This document shows positions 11,234-19,267 of a DNA stretch of 64,000 bases, one piece after another (within the stretch, counting starts at the first letter, position 1; the number at the start of each line of letters is the position of its first letter). The notes under the pieces are model-generated. The model worked only from the letters and a program-made list of their open reading frames with translations. It made no database searches and was not told the DNA's origin. This DNA is from Thermoplasmata archaeon (GTDB lineage: Archaea > Thermoplasmatota > Thermoplasmata > Lutacidiplasmatales > UBA184), in contig JAGWLG010000001.1 in assembly GCA_028864975.1 (NCBI GenBank), forward strand, positions 128,001 to 192,000, given 5' to 3'. A program made the position numbers and the translations under genes.

Positions 11234-12064
11234 ATGGCGATGAGCAATCCCGCAATGTCTGCCTCGGCCGGACCGAAATTCTGCTCTCAGTGCGGGGGCC
11301 CCTTGGGCTCCGGGGCCAAGTTCTGCCCAGGGTGCGGAGCTTCCGTCGCGCCCTCCGCGGCGGTCCCTTCCGCGGCGCCCGTCGGGGTGGCCCCGGTCGA
11401 CCCCTCCAGCGCTCCTCCTCCCATGGCGGCCGACCCGCCTCCTCCTCCGCCTCCTCCCCCGCCGCCTCCCGCGGCGGGACCCTCCGGGCCGAACCCGTAC
11501 GGCGCTCCTCCCGTCCCCGCCTCGTCCCCCGCCGGGAACGACATCCGGGGACGCGTCGACCAGGACCGGGGGTTCCTCAAGAAGCTCCAGTTGTTGATCC
11601 CTGGGTTCCGCGGCTATCGTCAGGCCGAGGACGTCCGTGCGGCCGACTCGATCCTGAGGATCCAGGTCGCGGACCGGCTCGTCACAGCGATGACGCAGAT
11701 CGACACCGTCCGCAGCCAGATGGGGCGCGACGGCATCATGGCGGGCCTCGTCGCGGTCGGCGGTCTCAGGACCGAGATGCAGCGCCTGGAGGGACAGATC
11801 CGCCACGCTGAGGGCGGCTACAGCGGCCTGTCGGCGACCATCAAGGTCACCCCTCAGACGCTCGACTCCCTCTACGAAAGGGACTACACCTTCGTCGCCT
11901 CGGCCGACCAGGTGCTCCAGAGCATGGGAGGGCTGCAGACGGCGGTCTCCTCCCGCGACACGAACCAGATCAACACGATGTGCGACACCCTTCGGGCCAA
12001 CCTGAAGGCGCTCGAGACGTCGTTCAGCCAGAGGATGCTCTCCGTGGAGGGGGTCCTCCAGTGA
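11234..12064 (+). CDS. Zinc-ribbon + polyproline + helical-bundle protein
   Basis: N-terminal CSQC...CPGC ribbon, PPPPPPPPPP linker, C-terminal all-helical domain (LIPGFRGYRQAEDVRAADSILR...GYSGL...LDSLYERD). Confidence 0.8.
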   Translation: MAMSNPAMSASAGPKFCSQCGGPLGSGAKFCPGCGASVAPSAAVPSAAPVGVAPVDPSSAPPPMAADPPPPPPPPPPPPAAGPSGPNPYGAPPVPASSPAGNDIRGRVDQDRGFLKKLQLLIPGFRGYRQAEDVRAADSILRIQVADRLVTAMTQIDTVRSQMGRDGIMAGLVAVGGLRTEMQRLEGQIRHAEGGYSGLSATIKVTPQTLDSLYERDYTFVASADQVLQSMGGLQTAVSSRDTNQINTMCDTLRANLKALETSFSQRMLSVEGVLQ

Positions 12065-12123
12065 GCCTGGCCCATCCGAAGGTCCACCCAGGAAGTTCAG
12101 CAAACTAAGGAGCGGAACGAACG

Positions 12124-13407
12124 ATGTTCACACGCAACACCCCACCCCCGGCGACCGGCGGCTCTCTCTTCGGCTCGACGACGATCATCTGGGAGGACGC
12201 CTTCAAGGGACCCAACGTGATGTGGCGGGTCCCCCGCAACATCCGCCTCAACGACAACGTGGTCGTTCGGGAGGACGAGTACGCGGTCTTCTTCCGCGAC
12301 GGGAAGGTCCTCTCCTACATCGACCGCCCCGACCGTTACGCGCTGACGTCGATCAACGCCCCCATCGTCGGGACGCTGGTCCAGAAGCTCTCGGGCGTCC
12401 AGCAGCAGGCGGAGGTCTACTACCTCCAGCGCCGCTTCTTCGACGGCAAGTTCGGTTCGAAGGAGCCCTACATCTTCAAGGACCCCGATTTTGGGCTCGT
12501 CCAGCTGAGGGTCTTCGGGGACTACCGCTGGCGCGTCTCCCACTGCGACAACTTCATCACGCAGTTCGTGGGGACCTTCGGCGCGGAGGCCTCGGCGGAC
12601 ATCGAGGACCGGACCCGGGACCAGATGGTCCTCCTGGTCTACGCGGCCCTCGGACAGGCGAAGCAGCAGGGGATGGCGGTGACCGACCTTGCCGCCCAGC
12701 TCCAGACCATCGAGCAGATGGTGCTCGCGAAGGCGCCGGACTACTTCGACGCCTACGGGATCGAGATCAACCGTCTCCAGGGGCTGTCGATCAGCGTCCC
12801 GGACGAGGTCCAGAAGGCCATCGACACGCGCAGCACGATGGGTGTCCTGGGCGTCAACTACATGCAGTACCAGGCCGGCCAGGCCATGACCACGGCCGCC
12901 GCCAACCCTGGCGGGGCTGGGACGTTCATGGGGGCCGGGCTCGGCCTCGGGGCCGGGATGGGCATGGGCTACGGCATGGCGGGACAGATGCAGGGGGCTT
13001 ACCAGCAGGGCCCCGGGGGGGCGGGCGGACCCTCGAGCCCGTGTCCCAAGTGCGGTGCCCTCATCCCAGGGGGGACGCGCTTCTGTCCCTCGTGCGGGTT
13101 CAACTTCGCGGCCCCGGCCCCGCCGGGCGGCGGAGGCGGAGCGGGAGCGGTCTGCCCCAAGTGCGGCCAGCCGTTCGGAACGGGGAAGTTCTGCATGAAC
13201 TGCGGGGCCCCCGCGGCGGCGCCCGCCGCGTCTTCGGCCGTGTGCCCGAAGTGTGGCCAGCCGTTCGGGAACGGGAAGTTCTGCATGAACTGCGGGGCTC
13301 CCGCCGCGGCGCCTGCGGCGGCCGCGGCCCCCGCGAACTGCGCGAAGTGCGGTCAGCCGTTCGGGACCGGGAAGTTCTGCATGAACTGCGGGGCCCCTCG
13401 GGCCTGA
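12124..13407 (+). CDS. SPFH/Band-7 domain protein with four C-terminal zinc ribbons (YdjI-like)
   Basis: VVREDEYAVFFRDG, YIFKDPDFGLVQLRVFGDYRWRV and GLSISVPDEVQKAID, Gly-rich GAGLGLGAGMG region, four CxxC...CxxC ribbons. Confidence 0.85.
   Translation: MFTRNTPPPATGGSLFGSTTIIWEDAFKGPNVMWRVPRNIRLNDNVVVREDEYAVFFRDGKVLSYIDRPDRYALTSINAPIVGTLVQKLSGVQQQAEVYYLQRRFFDGKFGSKEPYIFKDPDFGLVQLRVFGDYRWRVSHCDNFITQFVGTFGAEASADIEDRTRDQMVLLVYAALGQAKQQGMAVTDLAAQLQTIEQMVLAKAPDYFDAYGIEINRLQGLSISVPDEVQKAIDTRSTMGVLGVNYMQYQAGQAMTTAAANPGGAGTFMGAGLGLGAGMGMGYGMAGQMQGAYQQGPGGAGGPSSPCPKCGALIPGGTRFCPSCGFNFAAPAPPGGGGGAGAVCPKCGQPFGTGKFCMNCGAPAAAPAASSAVCPKCGQPFGNGKFCMNCGAPAAAPAAAAAPANCAKCGQPFGTGKFCMNCGAPRA
13153..13400 (+). 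repeat. Three near-identical tandem zinc-ribbon coding repeats (period 90-96 bp)
   Basis: Units start at 13153, 13243 and 13339, each tgc-ccc/ccg/gcg-aag-tgy-ggy-cag-ccg-ttc-ggr-...-aag-ttc-tgc-atg-aac-tgc-ggg-gcy-cc (CxKCGQPFGxGKFCMNCGAP). Confidence 0.95.
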
Positions 13408-13420
13408 GCTCGGAGGACCC

Positions 13421-14431
13421 ATGTTCTGCAACGCCTGCGGCCAACAGAACCCCGACGGGGCGGCCTTCTGCGCGCGATGCGGGAGGCCGCTCGCGGCCAC
13501 CGCCTCGGGAGGTGCCCCCGCAGGGTACGGGGCTCCGCCTCCTCCCCCACCCCCCCAGCAAGCGGCGGCCCCGATCGACCTCAAGAGCCTCAAGTGCAAG
13601 CAGTGCGGAGCGCCGCTCAATCCTTCCGGGAACGACGCTATCATCACCTGCGAGTACTGCGGGACCTCTGTCACCATCTCGGGAGCGGGGCTCAAGGCCA
13701 TCCAGAACCACTCGATGCTGGTCCCCCAGGTCCTGGACCAGCAGCAGGCGATGGCCGCGGTCGGGAAGTGGATGAACTCCCAGGGCCTCTTCCACCGCCA
13801 CGACTACGAGACCTCGAAGCTCCTCGAGGCCAAGGTCCAGATGGTCCCCTTCTGGATCATCCCTTCGAGCGCGGTGACCCACTACGTCTACCAGGACGCG
13901 GGGGTCGAGGCCGCCGAGATCGGCGGGGGGCTGGCGGCGGCTGCGCTCCTGGGAGGCCGCGGCGGGGGCGCGGGGAACCTCCTCGGGGGGATGATGCTCG
14001 GGTCGGCGATGGGCGGCGGCGGGGCGAACATGGCCAAGCGGGCGGCGGAGCTCGCGGGCCAATACCAGTTCCCGATCATCGGGGTGAAGGGACTCGGCGC
14101 TTACCAACCCAAGGAGTACCAGTTCGATCTGACCTCGCGCGTTCCCTACGACAAACGCAAGGCCCCGAACGGGATCCCCGTCCTCAACGGGGACGTGAGC
14201 GAGGACGACGCGAAGTTCCAGGCCAAGAACATGGTGGTCCAACTCCAGGCCGCGAAGGCCCGCCACCAGCACCGGATGATCGAGCAGCTCAACACCGAGG
14301 TCAACGTCTCGGACGGCGAGCTCCTCCACGCGCCCGTATGGTACATGAACTTCCAGAAGAAGAACGGTCAGAACGAGATGATCGTCATCGACGCCGCGCG
14401 AAACGCGGTGATGAACGCGCAGAAGCAATAG
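13421..14431 (+). CDS. Zinc-ribbon protein (YdjG-like)
   Basis: CNAC...CARC and CKQCGAPL...CEYCG ribbons, QMVPFWIIP motif, FDLTSRVPYD, VLNGDVSEDDA and LLHAPVWY. Confidence 0.8.
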   Translation: MFCNACGQQNPDGAAFCARCGRPLAATASGGAPAGYGAPPPPPPPQQAAAPIDLKSLKCKQCGAPLNPSGNDAIITCEYCGTSVTISGAGLKAIQNHSMLVPQVLDQQQAMAAVGKWMNSQGLFHRHDYETSKLLEAKVQMVPFWIIPSSAVTHYVYQDAGVEAAEIGGGLAAAALLGGRGGGAGNLLGGMMLGSAMGGGGANMAKRAAELAGQYQFPIIGVKGLGAYQPKEYQFDLTSRVPYDKRKAPNGIPVLNGDVSEDDAKFQAKNMVVQLQAAKARHQHRMIEQLNTEVNVSDGELLHAPVWYMNFQKKNGQNEMIVIDAARNAVMNAQKQ

Positions 14432-14451
14432 CCCCCGGCCCGCGCTCGTGC

Positions 14452-15033
14452 CTACGTCGCGGATGCCGGGGCCGCCTCGTCGTGGAAGGTGGAACGGAAG
14501 GTGTACTGCGCGGGCATCCTCCGTTGGCGGGGGGTCCAGAAGGGGCAGGCCGTACATCGGTATCCCACGATGACCGAGGAATCCCCCCAGAGGGTCTCGT
14601 TGTAACGGGGTCGAATGGGATGAAAGCAGACCGGACAAGTCATGAGAGGATGCTTGCCGCCCCGGTTCGCATATCGGACCGATAGCCGGACGAGCGAGGA
14701 GGTCGCCAGCAGGGCCCGCATCCGGATGGGACCCACGTAGCGCGGAGGGTCCTCCTTCCGCAGTCGGCGGGAGACCTCCTGCCAAAGGGCGTGCTGGGAG
14801 AAGACCGTCCCTCCCTTCTTCCGGAGGACCTGGAACGCGACGCGCTCGACGTCCTTGAGGTCCGCGCGCTTGTACCCCGAAGCGGGAGCCTGGGGAGGGG
14901 GGCGGGGGCCCGGGCCGCTACGACGCCGAGAAGGTGCGCCCTTCTCGGGCCGAGATCTCCTGCTGGTAAAAGAGTCGAGCGAGAGCTTCCTCGTCCGCGC
15001 CGACGGGGAGGGTCGTCTCCTTGCCCTTCTCAT
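14452..15033 (-). CDS. Hypothetical protein with helical/wHTH-like region and C-terminal zinc ribbon
   Basis: CPVC...GYRCTAC ribbon and basic composition. The start is uncertain: the only upstream ATG lies 116 nt inside the AAA+ gene. Confidence 0.7.
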   Translation of the reverse strand: MRRARRRPSPSARTRKLSLDSFTSRRSRPEKGAPSRRRSGPGPRPPPQAPASGYKRADLKDVERVAFQVLRKKGGTVFSQHALWQEVSRRLRKEDPPRYVGPIRMRALLATSSLVRLSVRYANRGGKHPLMTCPVCFHPIRPRYNETLWGDSSVIVGYRCTACPFWTPRQRRMPAQYTFRSTFHDEAAPASAT

Positions 15034-16372
15034 GCTTGAAGTATCCCACCAGCGCCCCGGCGGCCGCGAGCTTCACGGCCCGGCTCTTGAGCCGTGGGGA
15101 GAACTTCGGGTTCGCGGTCCTCGCGAGCGCCTTCTCGGACACCTCGCGGAGCGAACGGTACAGCGCGGGTTGCAGCGCGACGCCCTTGGAGGCCCAGCGC
15201 CGGACGAGCGGGTGCTGCGTCTCGATGGCGTAGACCAGGGAGAGCTGGTCCTGCACCTTCCGCGCGAGATGGAAGTCGATCTCCCCGAGCTCCAGCCGCT
15301 CCGCGCTCCGCTCGACGGCGCGGAAGCGCTCCCGCGTCATGAGGTGGAAACGCAGCAGCATGCGGTCCTCGAGGGCCGCGAAGTTGGGGTCGCCGATCGT
15401 GGACTCCCAGGCGTTCCCCAGGACCCGCACGTTGTAGTTCACCGTGAAGTAGGAACGGAAGGTGTAGGGCCCGACGGTCCCGTAGGTCGTCTCCCACTTG
15501 ACCTCCCGCTGTTCCATCACCAGCTTCAGGGGCTCGACCATGCCTTTGTACTTGAACCAGTCGTTGAACTCGGGGACGATGAAATTGAACGTCCTGCCTC
15601 TGTAGAAGGATCCCACGCGCAGGAACTGGGCCGGGGTGATCCCCCCGCAGTAGCGGTTCCGACCCGGGAGACCGTGGGGGGGGACCCCGCTCCTCGCGTT
15701 CCCCCGTACCAGGTCGTCGATCGCGAAGGTCTTCCCCGTCCCGGGGGGGCCGAAGAGGGCGAGGTGGAACCCCGTCGTCCCGCTCGCCCGGCCACTGGGG
15801 GTGATCAGCGGGACGTCCGCGAGCGCGTACTGCTGGAGGAGCGCGAGGGCGGGGTCGAGCCCCAGCTCCTCGCCGAAGAGCTCCCGGGTGTAGCGCAGGA
15901 GCGACCCCAGGTCGAACCCCCGAGCGAACTCCAGTGTCTCCTCGAGCCGTTCCTGGAGGATCTCCCGAAGGTGGCGGAAGAAGACCGCGTCCATCTCGCG
16001 GATCTCGAGCGCCTCGTCGGGAGGGGGCTGGAGCGCGCTGGGGGGCGGGGCTTGCAGGCGCTCGACCGCCTCTCGAAGGAGGCCCATCACGTCCGCGAGG
16101 TGGGGGGCGACGAACACTTTGTCGCCCTTCGGGGCGAAGCTCTCGTCCAGCAGCCCTCTGCGGCGCAGCCGCCCCAGGAGCCGGGAAGGGTCCTCGAAGA
16201 CCCGAGCGCGCAGGAGCTCCGCCCGCAGCTCCGAGAGCCGGAAGCTCGCCGGGACCCCGGGGAGGCTCCGAGCCTCCTGACGGCGACGCGCCTCTTCCAG
16301 GACCACAAGGGTGGCTCGGGCCACCCGCAGGTCCTCCCCATCCAGTTCGAGCGATCCGGAGGGGGTCGCCAT
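14918..16372 (-). CDS. Divergent MCM-like AAA+ ATPase
   Basis: Walker A GPPGTGKT, Walker B-like FIVPEF, LKLVMEQREV (cf. MCM IHEAMEQQTI), sensor-1-like VNYN, Arg-finger-like ALEDRMLL. Start ATG 16372 (track start 16396). Confidence 0.75.
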   Translation of the reverse strand: MATPSGSLELDGEDLRVARATLVVLEEARRRQEARSLPGVPASFRLSELRAELLRARVFEDPSRLLGRLRRRGLLDESFAPKGDKVFVAPHLADVMGLLREAVERLQAPPPSALQPPPDEALEIREMDAVFFRHLREILQERLEETLEFARGFDLGSLLRYTRELFGEELGLDPALALLQQYALADVPLITPSGRASGTTGFHLALFGPPGTGKTFAIDDLVRGNARSGVPPHGLPGRNRYCGGITPAQFLRVGSFYRGRTFNFIVPEFNDWFKYKGMVEPLKLVMEQREVKWETTYGTVGPYTFRSYFTVNYNVRVLGNAWESTIGDPNFAALEDRMLLRFHLMTRERFRAVERSAERLELGEIDFHLARKVQDQLSLVYAIETQHPLVRRWASKGVALQPALYRSLREVSEKALARTANPKFSPRLKSRAVKLAAAGALVGYFKHEKGKETTLPVGADEEALARLFYQQEISAREGRTFSAS

Positions 16373-16408
16373 CAGGGCACCGTCGGGAGGGCACATTGCA
16401 GAGCAGCG

Positions 16409-16416
16409 TATAATTA
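16409..16416 (+). promoter_or_regulatory. TATA box between divergent ATPase and hjc genes
   Basis: TATAATTA about 23 nt upstream of the hjc GTG at 16440. Confidence 0.6.
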
Positions 16417-16439
16417 CCTCGAGGAACGTCGCATCCCAT

Positions 16440-16988
16440 GTGGCAGGCTCCTTCTCGGGGTACGAACGCGAGTTGAAGGGCGTCCTGCAAGGGGAGGGCG
16501 ACGCGCTCGCCCGCTATCGGAAGTATGCCCAGACCCCCGAGGAGCTCGAGCTGCTTCGCTCCCTGGAGGAGCGCCCCTTCCTCGTGGTCCGCGCCGCGGG
16601 GTCCCAAGGTTTCGATCTGGTCGCGCTCCGCGACCGGGTCGTGCTCCCGATCGAGGTCAAGTCCTCGAGCCAGCCCCGCATCCCGTTCGCCTCGGCGAGC
16701 GGGCGGAGTCAGGACCAATACCACACGCTCAAGGACCAGACGCGGCGCTCGGGGCTCATGCTCCTCTACGCCTACCGCCTCCTCGGGGGCGGGGAGCGCG
16801 ACCCCTGGAGGCTCTTCCTCGCCGAGGCCCCCGTCGAGGACCACAACCGCTACGCGAAGATGATCGCGGCGCAGCTCCCGCCCGTGGGGGTCACGGGGCA
16901 GGGGAACCAAGTGCTCCGCTGGGAAGAAGGGAAGCCGCTCCTCCATTTCTTGAACTGGGTGCACTCGGTCCTCCTGGGGACCGCATGA
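16440..16988 (+). CDS. hjc: Archaeal Holliday junction resolvase
   Basis: GYERELK...FLVVRAAGSQGFDLVA...IEVKSS, a PD-(D/E)xK Hjc signature. GTG start at 16440 fits the TATA box. Confidence 0.85.
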   Translation: MAGSFSGYERELKGVLQGEGDALARYRKYAQTPEELELLRSLEERPFLVVRAAGSQGFDLVALRDRVVLPIEVKSSSQPRIPFASASGRSQDQYHTLKDQTRRSGLMLLYAYRLLGGGERDPWRLFLAEAPVEDHNRYAKMIAAQLPPVGVTGQGNQVLRWEEGKPLLHFLNWVHSVLLGTA

Positions 16989-18133
16989 GCGTCGCGATCG
17001 CATCGACCGGCCTCACCAAGTTCGGGAGGAGGAACGAGGGACTCATCGAGCTCCTGGTCGAGGCCGGAAGGGAAGCGCTCGAAGGCGCTCCCGCCTCTGC
17101 ACGCAGACCGGACTGCGTGGTCGTGGGGTCCATGGCCGCCGGGGCGTTGGCAGGCCTCGAGAGCCTCGTCCCTCGGGTGGCGAACGGCCTTGGGCTCGCG
17201 GGGCTCCCAGGATGGCGGGTCGAGAGCGCTTCGGCGACCGGGGCGGGCGCCTTCCAGCTCGGGGCCCATCTGGTCGCCTCGTCAGCCTTCGAACGGGTCC
17301 TCGTCCTCGCCGGGGAGAAGATGACCGCACAGGCAACGGGGTCGACCACGACCGCGCTCGCTCGCTCGTTGTCGGCGAACGAGGTGCGGCACGGTGCGAC
17401 GATGCCCTCGATGGCCTCCCTGCTCTCGCAGCTCTACCTTGCACGCTACCATCTGAGCATCGAAGACGTCGCCGAGGTGACCGTGCGCAATCGGGCGTGC
17501 GCCCAGGGGAACCCGAAGGCACAGTTCCCCTCAGCGGTGACAGCGGCTCAGGTCAACGAGAGCCGCATGGTCTCGAGCCCCCTGCGGCTGCTCCACGTCT
17601 CTGCGATCAGCGATGGCGCGGGGGCGGTCCTCTTGACCCGCCCCTCCTCCCGAGAGAGCGTCGTCGTTCGGGGAATGGGACAAGCCACCGACGTCCTTGA
17701 GGTGGCCTCACGACCCATGGAGCCCTTGGGTTTTAGGGCGACGCGCCAGGCCGCTCGCGCGGCCTACGACCAGGCCGGGGTCGGACGGAAGGAGGTCCAG
17801 ACGTCCGAGGTGCACGACGCCTTCGCGCCCTTCCAGCTCATCGACCTGGAGGACCTGGGATTCTGCGGTCCGGGGGAGGGACTCGCCTGGACCAGGGCGG
17901 GGCGTGGCGACCCGAACGGGGTCCTACCGGTCAACCCTTCGGGAGGGCTCCTGGGACGAGGACACCCCGTGGGCGTCTCGGGGCTGGCCCAGATCATCGA
18001 GGTCGACCGTCAGCTTCGCGGCGAAGCAGGTCGGATGCAGGCGGGCTCTCCCCGCGTTGGGCTCGCGCAGTCCGTGGGGGGGCTGGGCTCCCACAACTTC
18101 GTGACGATCCTCGGGAGGGAGCAGAGCGCATGA
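16985..18133 (+). CDS. Thiolase-family protein (archaeal acetyl-CoA acetyltransferase/SCP-x-like)
   Basis: GLTKFG, VESASATG, ISDGAGAV, EVHDAF, VNPSGGLLGRGHPVGVSG and GLAQSVGG motifs. ATGA overlap with hjc. Confidence 0.9.
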   Translation: MSVAIASTGLTKFGRRNEGLIELLVEAGREALEGAPASARRPDCVVVGSMAAGALAGLESLVPRVANGLGLAGLPGWRVESASATGAGAFQLGAHLVASSAFERVLVLAGEKMTAQATGSTTTALARSLSANEVRHGATMPSMASLLSQLYLARYHLSIEDVAEVTVRNRACAQGNPKAQFPSAVTAAQVNESRMVSSPLRLLHVSAISDGAGAVLLTRPSSRESVVVRGMGQATDVLEVASRPMEPLGFRATRQAARAAYDQAGVGRKEVQTSEVHDAFAPFQLIDLEDLGFCGPGEGLAWTRAGRGDPNGVLPVNPSGGLLGRGHPVGVSGLAQIIEVDRQLRGEAGRMQAGSPRVGLAQSVGGLGSHNFVTILGREQSA

Positions 18134-18435
18134 TCACGGTCTTCGTGTGCTCGGGTTGCGGCCTTCACTTCCCGAGCGACGAAATCCGTCGGTGTCCCGA
18201 GTGCGGGGGCACCTTGTCGGCGAAGGAACTGGAAGGACGGGGACGGGTCGCTGCAGCCACCGAGCTCAGCGTTCCCCCTGAAGGCTGGGCCGCTCCGCAC
18301 CGGCTGGTGCTCGCTCAGGTGGATGGTGGGGGGCTGCTCCTGGCCCTCGCTACGTCGGGTACGCCCGAGGTCGGCTCTACGGGTCGGTTGGTTCGGAGAC
18401 CCGAAGGGCAGCTCTCCTGGCAGGGCGACGGGTAG
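18130..18435 (+). CDS. DUF35-type Zn-ribbon/OB-fold protein
   Basis: CSGC...RRCPECG followed by GRGRVAAAT...LVLAQVDGG. Coupled to the thiolase as in known archaeal thiolase-DUF35 pairs. Confidence 0.85.
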   Translation: MITVFVCSGCGLHFPSDEIRRCPECGGTLSAKELEGRGRVAAATELSVPPEGWAAPHRLVLAQVDGGGLLLALATSGTPEVGSTGRLVRRPEGQLSWQGDG

Positions 18436-18479
18436 GTTCGATCTCACCCCCGTGGGACACGGTCCTGGATGGACAGGAG

Positions 18480-18596
18480 CGCGGGGAGGGGGATGTTCCG
18501 CCGCTCGGGCGAGGCCCGACGCGGCTTTTGAACCCCCGAGGTGCAAGCACCACAGGATTAGCAATCCTGCGCCGTACCGGGCTGGGCCATCCCCGC
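18480..18596 (-). tRNA. tRNA-Ser(GCT) with a 33-nt intron in the T-loop (position 59/60; intron 18494-18526); CCA not encoded
   Basis: Minus strand: acceptor GCGGGGA/TCCCCGC + G73, anticodon arm CAGGA-TTGCTAA-TCCTG, long variable arm GGTGC-TT-GCACC, T-stem GGGGG/CCCCC. The T-loop TTCAAA|T is interrupted by an intron forming a relaxed BHB (bulges AAA and CAT). TTAAAT box at 18622-18627, about 25 nt upstream. Confidence 0.92.
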
Positions 18597-18623
18597 GCGA
18601 GGCGGCCGACCGTCGCCCCGCAT

Positions 18624-19205
18624 TTAAGCGTGTGCTGTGGGCGGCGAGGTCGACGACGCGAACCCCGCGAGCGCCAGGACGTCCAGGTGGTGTCGCCCCA
18701 CCTCTTGGGGGTCCAGGATGAGGGGATTCTTGAACGCGAGCTCGCGCCACGGCGCGGAATGGAGCTGACGGCCCGGTGGCCACTCCCCCCGGTAGATGAA
18801 CGAGAGGTCCCAGTGCGGTCCCTTGCCGACCGGTTCCGGTCGCTCCCACACGTCGGAGATGACCTCGGGTCCTTTGAGGTAGAGCGACTCCAGTCCCAGT
18901 TGTTCCTCCAGGATGAGCTTCGCCGCTTCGCTCGGGGCCTCGTAGAGGAAGAGCTGGCGGGAGGGGAGCATCCACCGGTCCGCGAGGTCCGCGACCCGTT
19001 TCGGGTGCATCCCTCCGATGCGCCTCCAGTCGAAGGAGGCATCGATCCGTCCCATGAGCACCCGGTCCGGGCGGCGCGGTTCGGTCAGGAGGGGGAAGAC
19101 GTTCAGGCAGAGCCCGTCATCCGGGACAGGGATGTAGACGGGGTCGTCGGGCGGAGGAGAGGGTCGGAAACGGCACACCTTGCGCGGCGCGTCCGGGCCC
19201 GGCAT
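18624..19205 (-). CDS. NUDIX-fold-like protein (degenerate Nudix box)
   Basis: VLMGR...WMLPSRQLFLYEAPSEAAKLILEEQLGL resembles the Nudix box. Start ATG 19205 (alternative 19229). Confidence 0.6.
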   Translation of the reverse strand: MPGPDAPRKVCRFRPSPPPDDPVYIPVPDDGLCLNVFPLLTEPRRPDRVLMGRIDASFDWRRIGGMHPKRVADLADRWMLPSRQLFLYEAPSEAAKLILEEQLGLESLYLKGPEVISDVWERPEPVGKGPHWDLSFIYRGEWPPGRQLHSAPWRELAFKNPLILDPQEVGRHHLDVLALAGFASSTSPPTAHA

Positions 19206-19267
19206 GCCCCGGGCGAGCGCCCTCAGCATTATCTATCTGCCTCCATCGCGCCACGAGGGCTAGGAAC

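Noticed and set aside
9935-13400. CRISPR array or DNA-level mobile repeat in the Pro/Ala-rich and zinc-ribbon repeats
   Set aside because: The repeats are in frame within coding sequences, lack unique spacers of constant length, and no cas genes are present.
14855-18133. Apparent 1,092-aa ORF and similar giant ORFs (39131-41038, 24490-26160, 41183-42703, 43865-44827, 30748-32304)
   Set aside because: Only the 3' part is a real gene (thiolase from 16985, pelota from 40198, etc.); the upstream parts are antisense to other genes. They are not fusions.
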